In this document: in pieces, positions 51,030 to 61,019 of the stretch
How positions within the stretch are numbered: position 1 is the first letter of the stretch
How the letters are laid out: every line of letters starts with the position of its first letter
Assembly (NCBI GenBank): GCA_963750025.1
Contig: CAVVPF010000022.1
Span: forward strand, 7,884-71,883
Length of the DNA: 64,000 nt
Direction: 5' to 3'
DNA from: an uncultured Chloroflexia bacterium
GTDB taxonomy: Bacteria; Chloroflexota; Limnocylindria; QHBO01
Position numbers and translations under genes: made by a program
Notes under the pieces: model-generated
Database searches by the model: none
Seen by the model: the letters and a program-made list of their open reading frames with translations, nothing else
Told to the model about the DNA's origin: nothing

Positions 51030-51869
51030 TCACCTCCTCCTAGCGGGCCAGCCGGTCGCGTGCCAGGCTGGCTCCGAGTAGCGGCTCCGGAAGAGATCGG
51101 TGGCCACCGCCAGCTCGGACGCCCGGAGACCGTCGGCCTTGACTCGGCGCTCCCACGGGCCGCCGGCGGCCGCCCTGAACGCCTGGACCACGGCGTGGTC
51201 GACGAGGGCGTGGAGCGCGTGCCGGGCGGGCGGACTCCCACCGGCGGCTGCGCCCTCGTCGAGTTCGCGCGCGAGCGACGTAACCGGAACTCGTTCACTC
51301 TTCGTCAGTTCCCAGCGGCGGTTCCCGGGGTCCCCGGGTCCGGCCAAGGTTCGCTCGAGCGCCTCGAGGTCGGCGTCGACGAGCAGGGTGGCGTGGACGA
51401 GTATGCTCCGGTCGCCGACCCACGCGGCGATTCCGCAGAGCTTCCGCCCTCGCGCGAAGAGGCCGCGCCGGGCCGGCTCGGCCGCGATCCCGAGGGTCCG
51501 CACGGCCGCCGCGAGCGGCTCGATCATGGCGCCGTAGAGTCTCAGGAGGCCGCCGCCGAGACGGCCTTCGACGAGTGGATGGTCGCGCCGTGCCACGAGG
51601 CTGACGTTGAGGTTGCCGGCGTCGTGATAGACGGCCCCGCCCCCGGTGAAGCGGCGGTACACCGGGGCGCCGAGCTGCCCGGCGGCTCCCAGGTCCACTT
51701 CCGCGTCGGCCACTTGGAAGCGGCCCAGGATGACGCACCGGTCGTTGCGCCAGAGCCGGAGGATGGGCTCGGGCCCGGCCGTGCGGGCGAGAGCCTCATC
51801 GACGGCGAGGTTGCGCCTCGGCTCACGCTGGCCGTCGTCCGCGATGAACCGAAACGGCGGGGCGATCAT
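51030..51869 (-). CDS. lplA: Lipoate-protein ligase A-family protein
   Basis: 'NLAVDEAL...LRLWRNDRCVILGRFQ...RRFTGGGAVYHDAGNLN...RKLCG' is the BPL/LplA/LipB catalytic-domain pattern. Confidence 0.8.
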   Translation of the reverse strand: MIAPPFRFIADDGQREPRRNLAVDEALARTAGPEPILRLWRNDRCVILGRFQVADAEVDLGAAGQLGAPVYRRFTGGGAVYHDAGNLNVSLVARRDHPLVEGRLGGGLLRLYGAMIEPLAAAVRTLGIAAEPARRGLFARGRKLCGIAAWVGDRSILVHATLLVDADLEALERTLAGPGDPGNRRWELTKSERVPVTSLARELDEGAAAGGSPPARHALHALVDHAVVQAFRAAAGGPWERRVKADGLRASELAVATDLFRSRYSEPAWHATGWPARRR

Positions 51870-52993
51870 CGGTCTGGCCCCCGCCCGGCGAACGCGCCGC
51901 TGCGGGCCGCTGCCCGAAGCACGCCGTGCGCGTCGAGGACGCGCGGACCGCCGGCCGTCAGGCGGACGCTGGCGCTCATCCCCGGCTCGAGCACGATCTC
52001 GCGCTCGCCATCGAACGCGAGTGTCAGGCCTCGTTCGTCGTCACTCGATGGAGGATGCCCGTTCCCAAGAGCGGGTCGGCCGTCGGCCGGGGTCGGCCAG
52101 CCGCGCCTGACCGGCTCGCCGAGCGTGACCGGCTCGCCGAGCGCCAGCACCCGCCAGTCACGGATGCCGACCGGGACAAGCTGGCCCGGCCCCAGGGGCA
52201 CCGTCACTAACGAACCGCCCGGGCCGAACCGCACGTGGAGCGCATGTGGCGGCTCGGCGTCGAGCGGGCTGATCATCCCGCCGAGCCCGGCGAGGCCCGT
52301 GAGCGCAGGGTCGCTCCGAGCGACTATGGCCTCGACGAGGAGCGCCGGGTCCCAAAGCGCATGCGCGCCAACCCAGCCGCAGCGCACGAGGGCCACGTCC
52401 ACCAAGGCGATCATGGTCGCTTCGAGCTGGCCGTCGAGGCGGACCTCCAGCCTCGGTGCCTGCCATACGTGTCTCGCGAACCGCTCGGGATCGGAGGCGT
52501 AGATGCCGGCCGCCAGCCCCGCCGCCGTGGGATCGATCGGCGTGCCGAATGCGTTGTTCGTGCCGCCCGGCAGCGGCACGAGGAGGGCGGACGGCCAGCC
52601 GTGCGCGACCGCGCGATTCGTGCCGTCCCCGCCGATCGTCACGAGGCAGGCGACGCCGGCCTCGGCCATCGCTCTTGCGGCAGCCGCGGTGCCGGCCGCG
52701 TCGAGCGCCTCGGGACCGTTAGGCAGCTCCACCGCGCGGAGGCGAAGCCCGACGCGGCCGTCGAGGGAGAGACCGGCCGCGTCGAGCATGTCGACCGCCC
52801 GCTCGACGACGTGGGTGGGTTCCGACATGAACAGCACGGTCTGGACGCGCCCGCCGATCAGGCCGCGCAGGACGCGCGCGACGGCGTTCACGCGTTCGTG
52901 GACGTCGATCGTACGGGCCAGCGACGTGAGACGACGCACGTCACGCGATGCACTCGCGTTGACGATGAGTCCGACCCTCGTCCCGCGCTTCAT
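51866..52993 (-). CDS. acoX: AcoX-like protein (ATP-NAD kinase/diacylglycerol-kinase fold)
   Basis: 'VTIGGDGTNR' motif, and the first position in an aco-type operon. Contains an 18-nt tandem duplication (LGEPVT-LGEPVR). Confidence 0.65.
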   Translation of the reverse strand: MKRGTRVGLIVNASASRDVRRLTSLARTIDVHERVNAVARVLRGLIGGRVQTVLFMSEPTHVVERAVDMLDAAGLSLDGRVGLRLRAVELPNGPEALDAAGTAAAARAMAEAGVACLVTIGGDGTNRAVAHGWPSALLVPLPGGTNNAFGTPIDPTAAGLAAGIYASDPERFARHVWQAPRLEVRLDGQLEATMIALVDVALVRCGWVGAHALWDPALLVEAIVARSDPALTGLAGLGGMISPLDAEPPHALHVRFGPGGSLVTVPLGPGQLVPVGIRDWRVLALGEPVTLGEPVRRGWPTPADGRPALGNGHPPSSDDERGLTLAFDGEREIVLEPGMSASVRLTAGGPRVLDAHGVLRAAARSGAFAGRGPDR

Positions 52994-53122
52994 CCCGTCC
53001 GCACCCTGCCCCTTGCCGGTAACCCGGAATGCCCCTCTCCGCCGGCGGGATGTCCCAAGCTGCCCACCGGGGAAGAACCGCCAGTGTAATCGCGTGCACC
53101 GGGCCGGGTAAGGGCACAACGG

Positions 53123-53151
53123 CCCGTTCGCGCCCGGGCCACGCGAACGGG
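53123..53151. promoter_or_regulatory. Perfect 10-bp inverted repeat CCCGTTCGCG-N9-CGCGAACGGG upstream of acoX
   Basis: Seen directly, about 130-160 nt upstream of the acoX start on the minus strand. Confidence 0.35.
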
Positions 53152-53744
53152 AATCGGCGGGCCCGGCGGCGACGCCGGGCTTGGTCTCGACCGCGAGAAC
53201 TCCAGGATTTCGCCGACAGCGGCGACCGGCAGGGCGAGCAGCGTGAGCCGGCTGACCTCTCTCGAACAGCCCATGAGCGAAGCCGATGCGCTCGACCCGC
53301 CAAGCAGGTGGCCACAACGCTTGGCGGGGGAGACTTACGAAACAGCCGCGCTAGGCCCAACGGCAGCCGGGTGACAGAAAACCTGACATCGTAATCTGTC
53401 ACCGTAGCCGGACCGTCCGGAAGGTATCTACACCAGGTTCGACGATGGCGACCCGATCAGCCCGAGCCCACGAGTGCCGAGGCAAGGGGAGCGCCTAGCG
53501 GGAACGCGGTCCCCATGCCGGGGGCACGCCGAGCACCGCTCATCAGTCTGGCCTTCAGCGACCTGCCTTACTCCGTGATCGGAACGCTTCCGAGGTCAAT
53601 CTCGATCTGAGGCCACCCTGTGACGTAAGGTCGGCGCAAGTCCTCTTGAGCCTCCGTCCTCAGTGTCCCAGGACACGGCCCGCTCAGGCCGACCGAGGTT
53701 CTAAGTCCAACTCTCGCCGGCCGACGATCGGAATGTTTGCTAAC

Positions 53745-53772
53745 GCGGCCCCGTCACCTGCCGGGGACGCCA
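53745..53772 (+). repeat. tRNA-Arg acceptor/T-minihelix-like hairpin (solo copy)
   Basis: GCGGCCCCG-TCA-CCTGCCGGGGACGCCA. The last 16 nt are identical to tRNA-Arg positions 39703-39718 and to 10099-10114. Confidence 0.6.
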
Positions 53773-53777
53773 CTTGT

Positions 53778-54734
53778 TCAGCCCACCGGCGGGCCGACTC
53801 CGCGTGGCGTCCGCCGCGTTTCCTCGGACTTCACCCCCTCATGCGGCTCACGCACCACCAGGACCGATACCGGCGCGTGGAGCAGCACGCTGCGGGCTAC
53901 GCTGCCGAGCACCAGGCGGGGCAGCGCCGACAGGCCGCGCGATCCAACCACAATGAGGTCGGCCTGCGCCTCCTGAACGGCCTGGATCAGCTGCGCGGCG
54001 GGGTCGCCATCGCGCAGCTCGACCGAGGCGGCGAAGCCGGCCCGGGTCAGCTGCTGGCATGCCCCGGTGGCCACCTTGGCCAGCTCGTCACGAAGCGCGT
54101 CGACCGCGCTGTCGCGCAACTGCACCCAGGACGGGTAGAAGGTCGCCTCGAGCGAGATTGCCCATGCCGGCGGCGGGACCGTCACCGCGACGACGCGGGC
54201 CGGCACGGAGCGGAGGACGGGCCAGCTTGAAAGCGTCGCGACCGCCCGTTGCGCGCTCTCCGAGCCGTCCACCGCCACGACCATGCCGTGCACCGCCGGG
54301 CCGCGTGCCACCAGCACCGGGCAGGTCGCGTGATCGACCACTTCGGCCGACACCGAACCGAGCAGGATGCTGGCCAGCGGCCCATGGCCGCGGGTGCCGA
54401 TCACCAGCAGGTCCGGCCGCAGCGCGGCGGCCTCCTCCAGCAGGGCGGTCGCCGGTCGCCCGCGAACCACCTTGGTGTCCACGATCCGCGACGGCGCGCG
54501 GAGCGGTGCGGCGGCCTGGCGCAGCGAGTCCTGCAGATCGGCGACCAGCATCTCCTCGGCCTCACGAGCATCGTGCGGGGTCACCCCGAATTCGCGCACG
54601 CCGAACAGGTCGGGGCCGCGCTCCAGGGCTTCCACCAGGCTGATGGCGGTCCCCGCCGGCCACGCCAGATGCGCGACCAGGTCGCGCGCCGCCTCGGCGC
54701 CGGCGGAGCCGTCGTAGGCGAGCATCACACGCAT
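53778..54734 (-). CDS. Tandem universal stress protein (two UspA domains)
   Basis: Two repeats, each ending in 'GSVSAEVVDHATCPVLV' / 'GSVARSVLLHAPVSVLVV'. Confidence 0.85.
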   Translation of the reverse strand: MRVMLAYDGSAGAEAARDLVAHLAWPAGTAISLVEALERGPDLFGVREFGVTPHDAREAEEMLVADLQDSLRQAAAPLRAPSRIVDTKVVRGRPATALLEEAAALRPDLLVIGTRGHGPLASILLGSVSAEVVDHATCPVLVARGPAVHGMVVAVDGSESAQRAVATLSSWPVLRSVPARVVAVTVPPPAWAISLEATFYPSWVQLRDSAVDALRDELAKVATGACQQLTRAGFAASVELRDGDPAAQLIQAVQEAQADLIVVGSRGLSALPRLVLGSVARSVLLHAPVSVLVVREPHEGVKSEETRRTPRGVGPPVG

Positions 54735-54940
54735 GGTCGGTACCTCTTTCCTTTGTCAGTGGGGCCGGCGCGGGCAGGGCGTCCCGCAACCGGTGCCCGA
54801 GAGCAGGGTCTGCCATCGCGACAAGCGTCGATAGGGCCATCCGGTCGTATCGGGCGTGACCGCTGTCCCGTCGATCGGTCCGACCGGCACGTGGCACGCC
54901 CGTGCTGGCGCGCCAGCATCGGAGACGAAGGAGTCTCACC

Positions 54941-55345
54941 ATGGAAGCGGTGACGCGGCTACACCTGGAGAAAGCGTTGGCCGGAGAGGCAATGGCGTCG
55001 CTGCGCTATGCGCTCTTCGCCGATCGCGCCGAGGACGAGGGCCTCGACGATGTCGCCGAGCTCTTCGAGGAGATCGGCAAGCAGGAACGCAAAGAGCACT
55101 TCCGCGAGATTGCAGAGCTGCTCGGGCTGGTGGGCAGCACCCGGCAGAATCTCGAGGCGGCGCTGGCGGGCGAGGTCACCGAGCATCGGAGCCTCTACCC
55201 GCTGTATGCCGGTGAGGCGCATCGAGCCGGTGATGAGGCGGTCGCACAGCGGTTCATGGAGCTTGGCGGCGACGAGCATCGCCACGCCGACCGGCTGCGT
55301 GGCGCCATGGCGGCCCTCGACGCGCTGGCGGTCCCCAGTCGATAA
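54941..55345 (+). CDS. Rubrerythrin/ferritin-like di-iron protein without a rubredoxin domain
   Basis: Two ExxH motifs ('QERKEH' and 'DEHRH') in a four-helix pattern. Confidence 0.75.
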   Translation: MEAVTRLHLEKALAGEAMASLRYALFADRAEDEGLDDVAELFEEIGKQERKEHFREIAELLGLVGSTRQNLEAALAGEVTEHRSLYPLYAGEAHRAGDEAVAQRFMELGGDEHRHADRLRGAMAALDALAVPSR

Positions 55346-55611
55346 GCAGCAAACAGCCGGCGGCCATGGCGGTCATTCACCCGGCCGCCCTCGTCATCGG
55401 CAGCGTTCGGAGGGCACCCGTGACCAGCACCCCGCTCGGCCTCAGCTGGGTCGTCTGCAACGCGGAGACGCGCAGCGTCGTCCGGCGCTCGGTAGCGTGT
55501 CCGTTCCGCGGGCCGACGCCGGGGACCGTGTGCCTGGGTTGCCGCTTCCTGGTGACCAGCTCGCTTGAGCGGGCCCGAGAGAGTTGGTGCGCGGCCGTCC
55601 CGGATCTCGAG

Positions 55612-56103
55612 CTAGGCGACTCCGTGCAGCGACGCCGCCAGCTCGATGCGGATCGTCTCGCCGCCCGGCTCCAGCGGATGGCCGCTCCACGGCAGCCCGG
55701 TATGCTCGAGCAGGGCATGGATTGGGGCGTTGCCGGTCAGCATGGTCGCCTCGAGCGCGAGCACGCCGCGGCGGCGAGCCGACCGGATCGCGGCGTTGAG
55801 CAGGTCTCTCCCCAGGCCACGGCCCCGCCAGCGCTCGGCGACGGCGACCCCCACCTCCTCGACACGCCCGCCGGCGCGGTCGCTGATCGGCTCGAGGCAC
55901 AGGTGCCCGATCACCTCGCCGTCGTCGCCGATCGCCAGCAGCCCGTCGCCGGCGCGCTGCCGGGCGCGGGCGAAGCGTTCCGCCTGCAGCTCGCCGATCC
56001 CTTGGCAGGCGCCGAAGAACCGGGAGCGCCGGCTCTCTGGGCTGAGGCGCGCGTAAAAGGCGGCGATCGCCGGGCCGTCGCCCGGCCGAACGTGGCGGAT
56101 CAT
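55612..56103 (-). CDS. GNAT-family N-acetyltransferase
   Basis: 'VAVAERWRGRGLGRDLLNAAI' is the acetyl-CoA binding motif (Q/RxxGxG/A). Confidence 0.75.
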   Translation of the reverse strand: MIRHVRPGDGPAIAAFYARLSPESRRSRFFGACQGIGELQAERFARARQRAGDGLLAIGDDGEVIGHLCLEPISDRAGGRVEEVGVAVAERWRGRGLGRDLLNAAIRSARRRGVLALEATMLTGNAPIHALLEHTGLPWSGHPLEPGGETIRIELAASLHGVA

Positions 56104-56234
56104 GCACGCAGTCTGCCCCGGCGCCACCGGAACCGGCGAGTGCCGTTGGCCCCGTCGGGGCCAGCCGTTCGGTCCCTCCTGATCGTGCCGTTCGTCTCTC
56201 ACCGCTGACCCGATCACGGTCGTAGACTCCGGCC

Positions 56235-57507
56235 ATGCGCATCGTCACCGCCGCCGAGGCGGTCGCCGGGATCCGGTCAGGCCAACAGGTCTTTCTGCAC
56301 GGCGGCGCCGCCACGCCATCGGTCCTGCTCGATGCCCTGGTGGCCAGGGCGTCGGAGCTCGAATCGGTGAGCATGGTCCATTTCCACACCGAGGGACCCG
56401 GTCCGCACCTCGCCCCGGAGATGGCTCCGCACTTCCGCCACAAGGCGCTCTTCATCGGCCCGAACGCGCGGCGCGCCGTGAACGAGGGGCGCGCCGACTA
56501 TGTCCCGGTCTTCCTGTCCGACGTGCCGGACCTCTTCACCTCCGGGACGCTTCCACTCGACGCGGTGCTGCTCAACGTGACTCGGCCCGATGCGCACGGC
56601 TTCTGCTCGCTGGGTCCCAGTGTCGACGCCGCGCTGGCCGCCTCGCGTGCCGCCAAGACGGTCATCGCCCAGTTGAACGCCGCCCTGCCGCGCACCCTGG
56701 GCGACACCTTCGTCCACGTCTCGAAGATCGATTTCGGGGTCGAGGTCGACATCCCGCCCTACGAGCACATCGAGGCGCCGCCCGGACCGATCGAACGACG
56801 GATCGGCGAGCACGTCGCCGAACTGGTCAGCGACGGGGCGACCCTGCAGCTGGGGATCGGCGCCATCCCGGCCGCGACCGCGTTGGCGCTGCGGGACAAG
56901 CGCGACCTGGGAATCCATACCGAGATGTTCACCGATGCGGTCATCCCCCTGGTCGAATGCGGGGCCATCACCGGAGCCCGCAAGGAGATCAACCGGGGCA
57001 AGATCGTGTCGGCCTTCCTGATGGGCAGCCGCGACCTGTATCGGTTCGTGGATGACAACCCGATGGTCGAGCTGCGGCCGGTCGACTACACCAACGACAC
57101 CGCGGTCATCCGCCGCTTCAGCCGGATGGTGGCCATCAACTCGGCGATCGAGGTCGATGTCACTGGGCAGGTGGTGGCCGACTCGATCGGCCCACGTTTC
57201 TACTCCGGCGTCGGCGGCCAGATGGACTTCATCCGTGGCGCCGCCCTCTCGGCCGAGGGGCGCGCCATCATCGCCCTGCCGTCGACCGCCGCGGGCGGCA
57301 CCGTCTCGCGCATCGCGGCGATGCTGCAGCGAGGGAGCCGGCGTGGTGACGACGCGCGCCCATGTGCGCACCGTGGTCACCGAGTGGGGCGTGGCGGAGC
57401 TGCACGGCCGCACCGTGGCCGAGCGCGCCCGAGCGCTGATTGCCATCGCGCACCCGGACTTCCGCGACGACCTGCTGGCCCGCGCGCGGGCGGCCCACTA
57501 CTTGTAG
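56235..57507 (+). pseudogene. Acetyl-CoA hydrolase/CoA-transferase family protein, frameshifted
   Basis: 'AINSAIEVDVTGQVVADSIGPRFYSGVGGQMDF' is typical of the family. The C-terminus 'GAGVVTTRAHVRTVVTEWGVAELHG...AHPDFR' is in another frame, with a 1-nt insertion near 57331. Confidence 0.8.
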
Positions 57508-57516
57508 GGCCGGATC

Positions 57517-58536
57517 TCAGCGACGCATCGAGAGGACGACCGGCGCCTCGGAGCGCTGCGCCTCTTCGAACTCCTCGCGCGAGTGGATGCCGCGGTAGCC
57601 CTCCGACACGACCGCCTGGCCGCAGATGCCGCCCAGCGAGTTGCCCGGCCCCGGCAACACCAGCACGTCGGGCGCCTCCTCGCGGAGGGCCACTCGGAGC
57701 GAGGTGGCGAAGCGATACGGCGTCGTCACCTGCTCGCCCAGCGTGTAGTCGCGCAGCGCGGCGGGGTCGGTCGACCAGGGGGTCCAGCGCGCACCGCGCC
57801 CGTCGATCAGGGTGGCCGCCGGGGTCCGCCAGGCGAGGTCGCTCAACTGCACGCGCGCCTTGGCCGCCACGTGCGCCACCAACGGGGTGTGGTAAGGGCC
57901 GTGCAGGGCCAGGCGCAGCGGGAACTGGCGCTCGCCGAGCTTCACCGGCTTCAGCCGGGCGAGGAGGCTGGCGATCCCCTTCTCGTCGCCTGCCAGCACG
58001 GCGTAGCCGCCCAGGTCGATGCTCTCGTGGATCTGGCCTTCGCCGTTCGAGCGGCTGTCGGCCAGGACCGCGGCCACCGCGGCCTGGAGCTGGGGTTCCG
58101 GCCGCCAGGCCGCATCGGTCAGCGGATAGATCACCTGGCCGCCCGGACCTCCGGCGGGCAGCGGCTCCTGCTGCAGGATCGCCATCTCCTGCACCAGCTT
58201 GAAGGCGTCGTCAAAGTGCAGGGCACCGCTGACGCCGAGCGCGGTATACCAGCCCATCGAGTTGCCGAGCACCGCGGTGAGGCGGTGATCGCCGGCCGCC
58301 GTCTCGGCATCGAGCATCGAGACCAGGAAGATGAGCGGCGAGGCGTTGACCGGCGCCAGGTGACGCGCCGGGTCGAAGCGGCTGCTGCGGTCGAGTTCCA
58401 GCAACGGCTCGAGGCCGTAGGACGCGCGCAGCTGTTCGGCGCGCTTGACCCAGGGGTGGTCGGCCTGCAGCGAGCCGAGCGAGGCGGCAGCGTAGGAGCC
58501 GCGACCGGGGCAGACCAGCACGGCTCGGGCCGTCAT
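57517..58536 (-). CDS. Acyltransferase-domain protein (FabD/malonyl-transacylase-like, GNSMG variant)
   Basis: 'VCPGRGSY...' and 'LGNSMGWYTAL' replace the GHSxG nucleophile elbow. ATGA overlap with the upstream fused-E1 gene. Confidence 0.65.
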   Translation of the reverse strand: MTARAVLVCPGRGSYAAASLGSLQADHPWVKRAEQLRASYGLEPLLELDRSSRFDPARHLAPVNASPLIFLVSMLDAETAAGDHRLTAVLGNSMGWYTALGVSGALHFDDAFKLVQEMAILQQEPLPAGGPGGQVIYPLTDAAWRPEPQLQAAVAAVLADSRSNGEGQIHESIDLGGYAVLAGDEKGIASLLARLKPVKLGERQFPLRLALHGPYHTPLVAHVAAKARVQLSDLAWRTPAATLIDGRGARWTPWSTDPAALRDYTLGEQVTTPYRFATSLRVALREEAPDVLVLPGPGNSLGGICGQAVVSEGYRGIHSREEFEEAQRSEAPVVLSMRR

Positions 58537-60793
58537 GCCCGGGTCCGCCCGCCCACTGTGGTGAGCGCCGCGGCCACGATCTGGTCCACCCCAACCAGCA
58601 CCAAGCTGGTGGCCGTGCCCAACGGCACGAAGCTGTCAACCGCGCGGACCGAGCTCAGCCGCCGCCCGATCCCGGCCTCCGCCAGGTCCGCGATCAGCGC
58701 ATCAGCCACACCCCCGCCGGTGCGCCGGCACTCGTCGACCACCAGCACGTTGCCGATCGCCGTGGCGTGCTCGCGTACCGCCTCGAGCGGCAGTGGGTTG
58801 AGCCAGCGCAGGTCGAGCACCTCGGCGGCGATCCCGTGGTCCTCCTGCAGGCGGCGCGCCGCCTGCAGGGAGAGGCGCAGCCCGTTGGCGTAGCTGATGA
58901 TCAGCAGGTCCGGATCGGACCCGTCCCGCGGCGGGTAGATCCCCACCTCGCCGGGGAGCAGGAAGGCGGGCGGTGCCGGGTAGTCGGTCAGCCAGCCACC
59001 GTCGCCATCGGCCTCCAGGTCCTTCTCGTGGTAGAGGGCAATCGGCTCCAGGAAGACGACCACCCGCCCGTCCTCGGCGCGCCATCGCCAGCGATCCGCG
59101 CAGCATGCGGGCCGCATCATCGCCACGGGCCGGGACCGCCAGCACCAGGCCGGGAATGTCGCGCAGCGCCCCGATGCTGTTGTCGTTGTGGAAATGGCCG
59201 CCGAAGCCCTTCTGGTAGGCGAGGCCGGGGACGCGCACCAGCAGCGGGTTGCGGAACTGGCCGGAACTGAAGAACTGGAGCGAGGCCGCTTCGCCGCGGA
59301 GCTGGTCGAGGGCGTTGTGCAGGTAGGCCAGGTACTGGATCTCCGGCGATCGGGAGCAGGCCGATATGGGCAGCTCCCTGCGCGATGCCCAGGATCGAGG
59401 TCTCGTCGAGCAGCGTGTCGAAGACCCGTCCGATGCCGAAGCGCTTCTGCAGCCCGTTGGTCACGTTGTAGACGCCGCCCTTGCGGCCAACGTCCTCCCC
59501 GAACAGGAGCAGCTCCGGGCGACGTGCCAGCTCGTCGGCGAGGGCGGCGTTGAGACAGCCGGCCAGCGTGCGGGCGTTTGGCAGGGTCGCCTCTTCGGGC
59601 AGGGTCCCCCCGTGCACTTCGCGACGAGCTGCGGCCTCGAGGAGCGGAGTCGCGGCCCTGGCGGCCACCCGCTCGGGATGGTACGGGGCGAGAGGCGCGA
59701 TCACCTCCTCGGTGGTCTCCAGCCGCGGTCGACGGGCGGCCTCCTCGGCGGCGGCCATCACCCGCTCGCGGGCATCGGCCACCAGCGCGCTCAGCTGCTC
59801 GGGGGTGGCGGCGCCGGTTTCGATCAGGCGACGCGCGTTGCGCAGCAGCGGATCGCGCGCCTCGTTGGCGTTGATCTCGGCGGGGGAGTGGTAGACCTGC
59901 TCGGCGTCGCTGCCGGCATGACCCCACAGGCGCACCGTGCGCAGGTGCAGGAACGCGGGGCGGCGCGCGCCGCGCACGTAGTGCACCGCGGCCGCCACCG
60001 CGTCCCAGACCTCGTCCAGCTCACCGTCGGCCGGGTCGTAGCGCAAGTGCTCCATGCGCGAGAAGGTCTGCTCGATCCAGTCCTCCGGGGTCGGCACGCT
60101 GATGCCGGTCCCGTTGTCCTCGCAGATGAACAGGATCGGCATCGGGAGGCCGATCTGGACGGCATAGCGCGCCGTGTTGATCGCCGACAGGGCGCTGGCG
60201 TGGTTCGCGCTCGCGTCGCCGAAGGAGCAGGCCACGATCGCGTCGTCCGGCAGGTCCGAGGCCACCCTCAGCCGTCGGGCGCGGGCCAGCGAGAAGGCGA
60301 GCCCCATCGCCTTGGGCAGATGGCTGGCGATGGTCGAGGTCTGCGGCGGCACCCACAGCGGGCGGCTGCCCCACACCTTATGACGTCCCTGGGCGATCGG
60401 GTCCTCGCGGCTGGCCACGATGCCGAGCAGGGTGTCGAAGGCCGGCGTGCTGCCGGGCAGCTGCCGCGCGCGCGCCATCATCAGGGCACCGGAGCGGTAG
60501 TGCAGGAAGACGGGATCGTTGATGCGCAGCTGCGCGCCGATCACCACGTTGTTCTCATGGCCGGCTGAGCCGATGGTGTAGAAGGACCGATTCGTCTTCT
60601 TCAACTCGCGCGCGGCCACGTCCAGCTCGCGGGAGAGCACCTGGTCCTCGAACAGCTCGACTGCCTTCCGCGCGGTCAGGCCGCTCCCGGGACGCAGCGG
60701 TTCGCCACCGGCCAGGAGGACGGCCGCCGGCCAGGACTGGAGGAGGACGGCATCGAGGGCCGCCTCAACCATGGCGACGCGATCGAAGGTCAT
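58533..60793 (-). pseudogene. Fused E1 alpha-beta TPP-dependent 2-oxoacid dehydrogenase component, two frameshifts
   Basis: The alpha part contains 'SFGDASANHASA...LFICEDNGTGIS'. The beta part contains 'LFGEDVGRKGGVYNVT...'. The frames join near 59354 ('LLPI|PEIQYLAYLHNALDQLRGEA') and near 59090 ('MLRGSLAMA|AEDGRVVVFLEPIALYH'). Confidence 0.8.
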
Positions 60794-61019
60794 GCGGCTC
60801 ACGACTCGTATTGGCGGGATCGGCGGCGGAGGGCTCCGAAATGATAGCGCCGATAAGCCGGCGGTAATCGTGCGGTAAGGACTCGTGGTGTCCCCTGTCA
60901 CCCCACGGCGCCCGATCTGGTCGGCGTCGATGAGGCAGCAGGGAGATCCGGACCAATGCACAGCTTCATCGCGGCCCATCACGCCCACACCGGAGGCGGT
61001 TGGCCTTCGTAGCTCCCGG

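Noticed and set aside
55366-56208. A 280-aa plus-strand ORF beginning with a Cys-containing segment between the rubrerythrin-like and GNAT genes.
   Set aside because: Most of it is antisense to the well-supported GNAT gene. Only the first ~80 codons are intergenic, and they lack a stop, an RBS or a motif.
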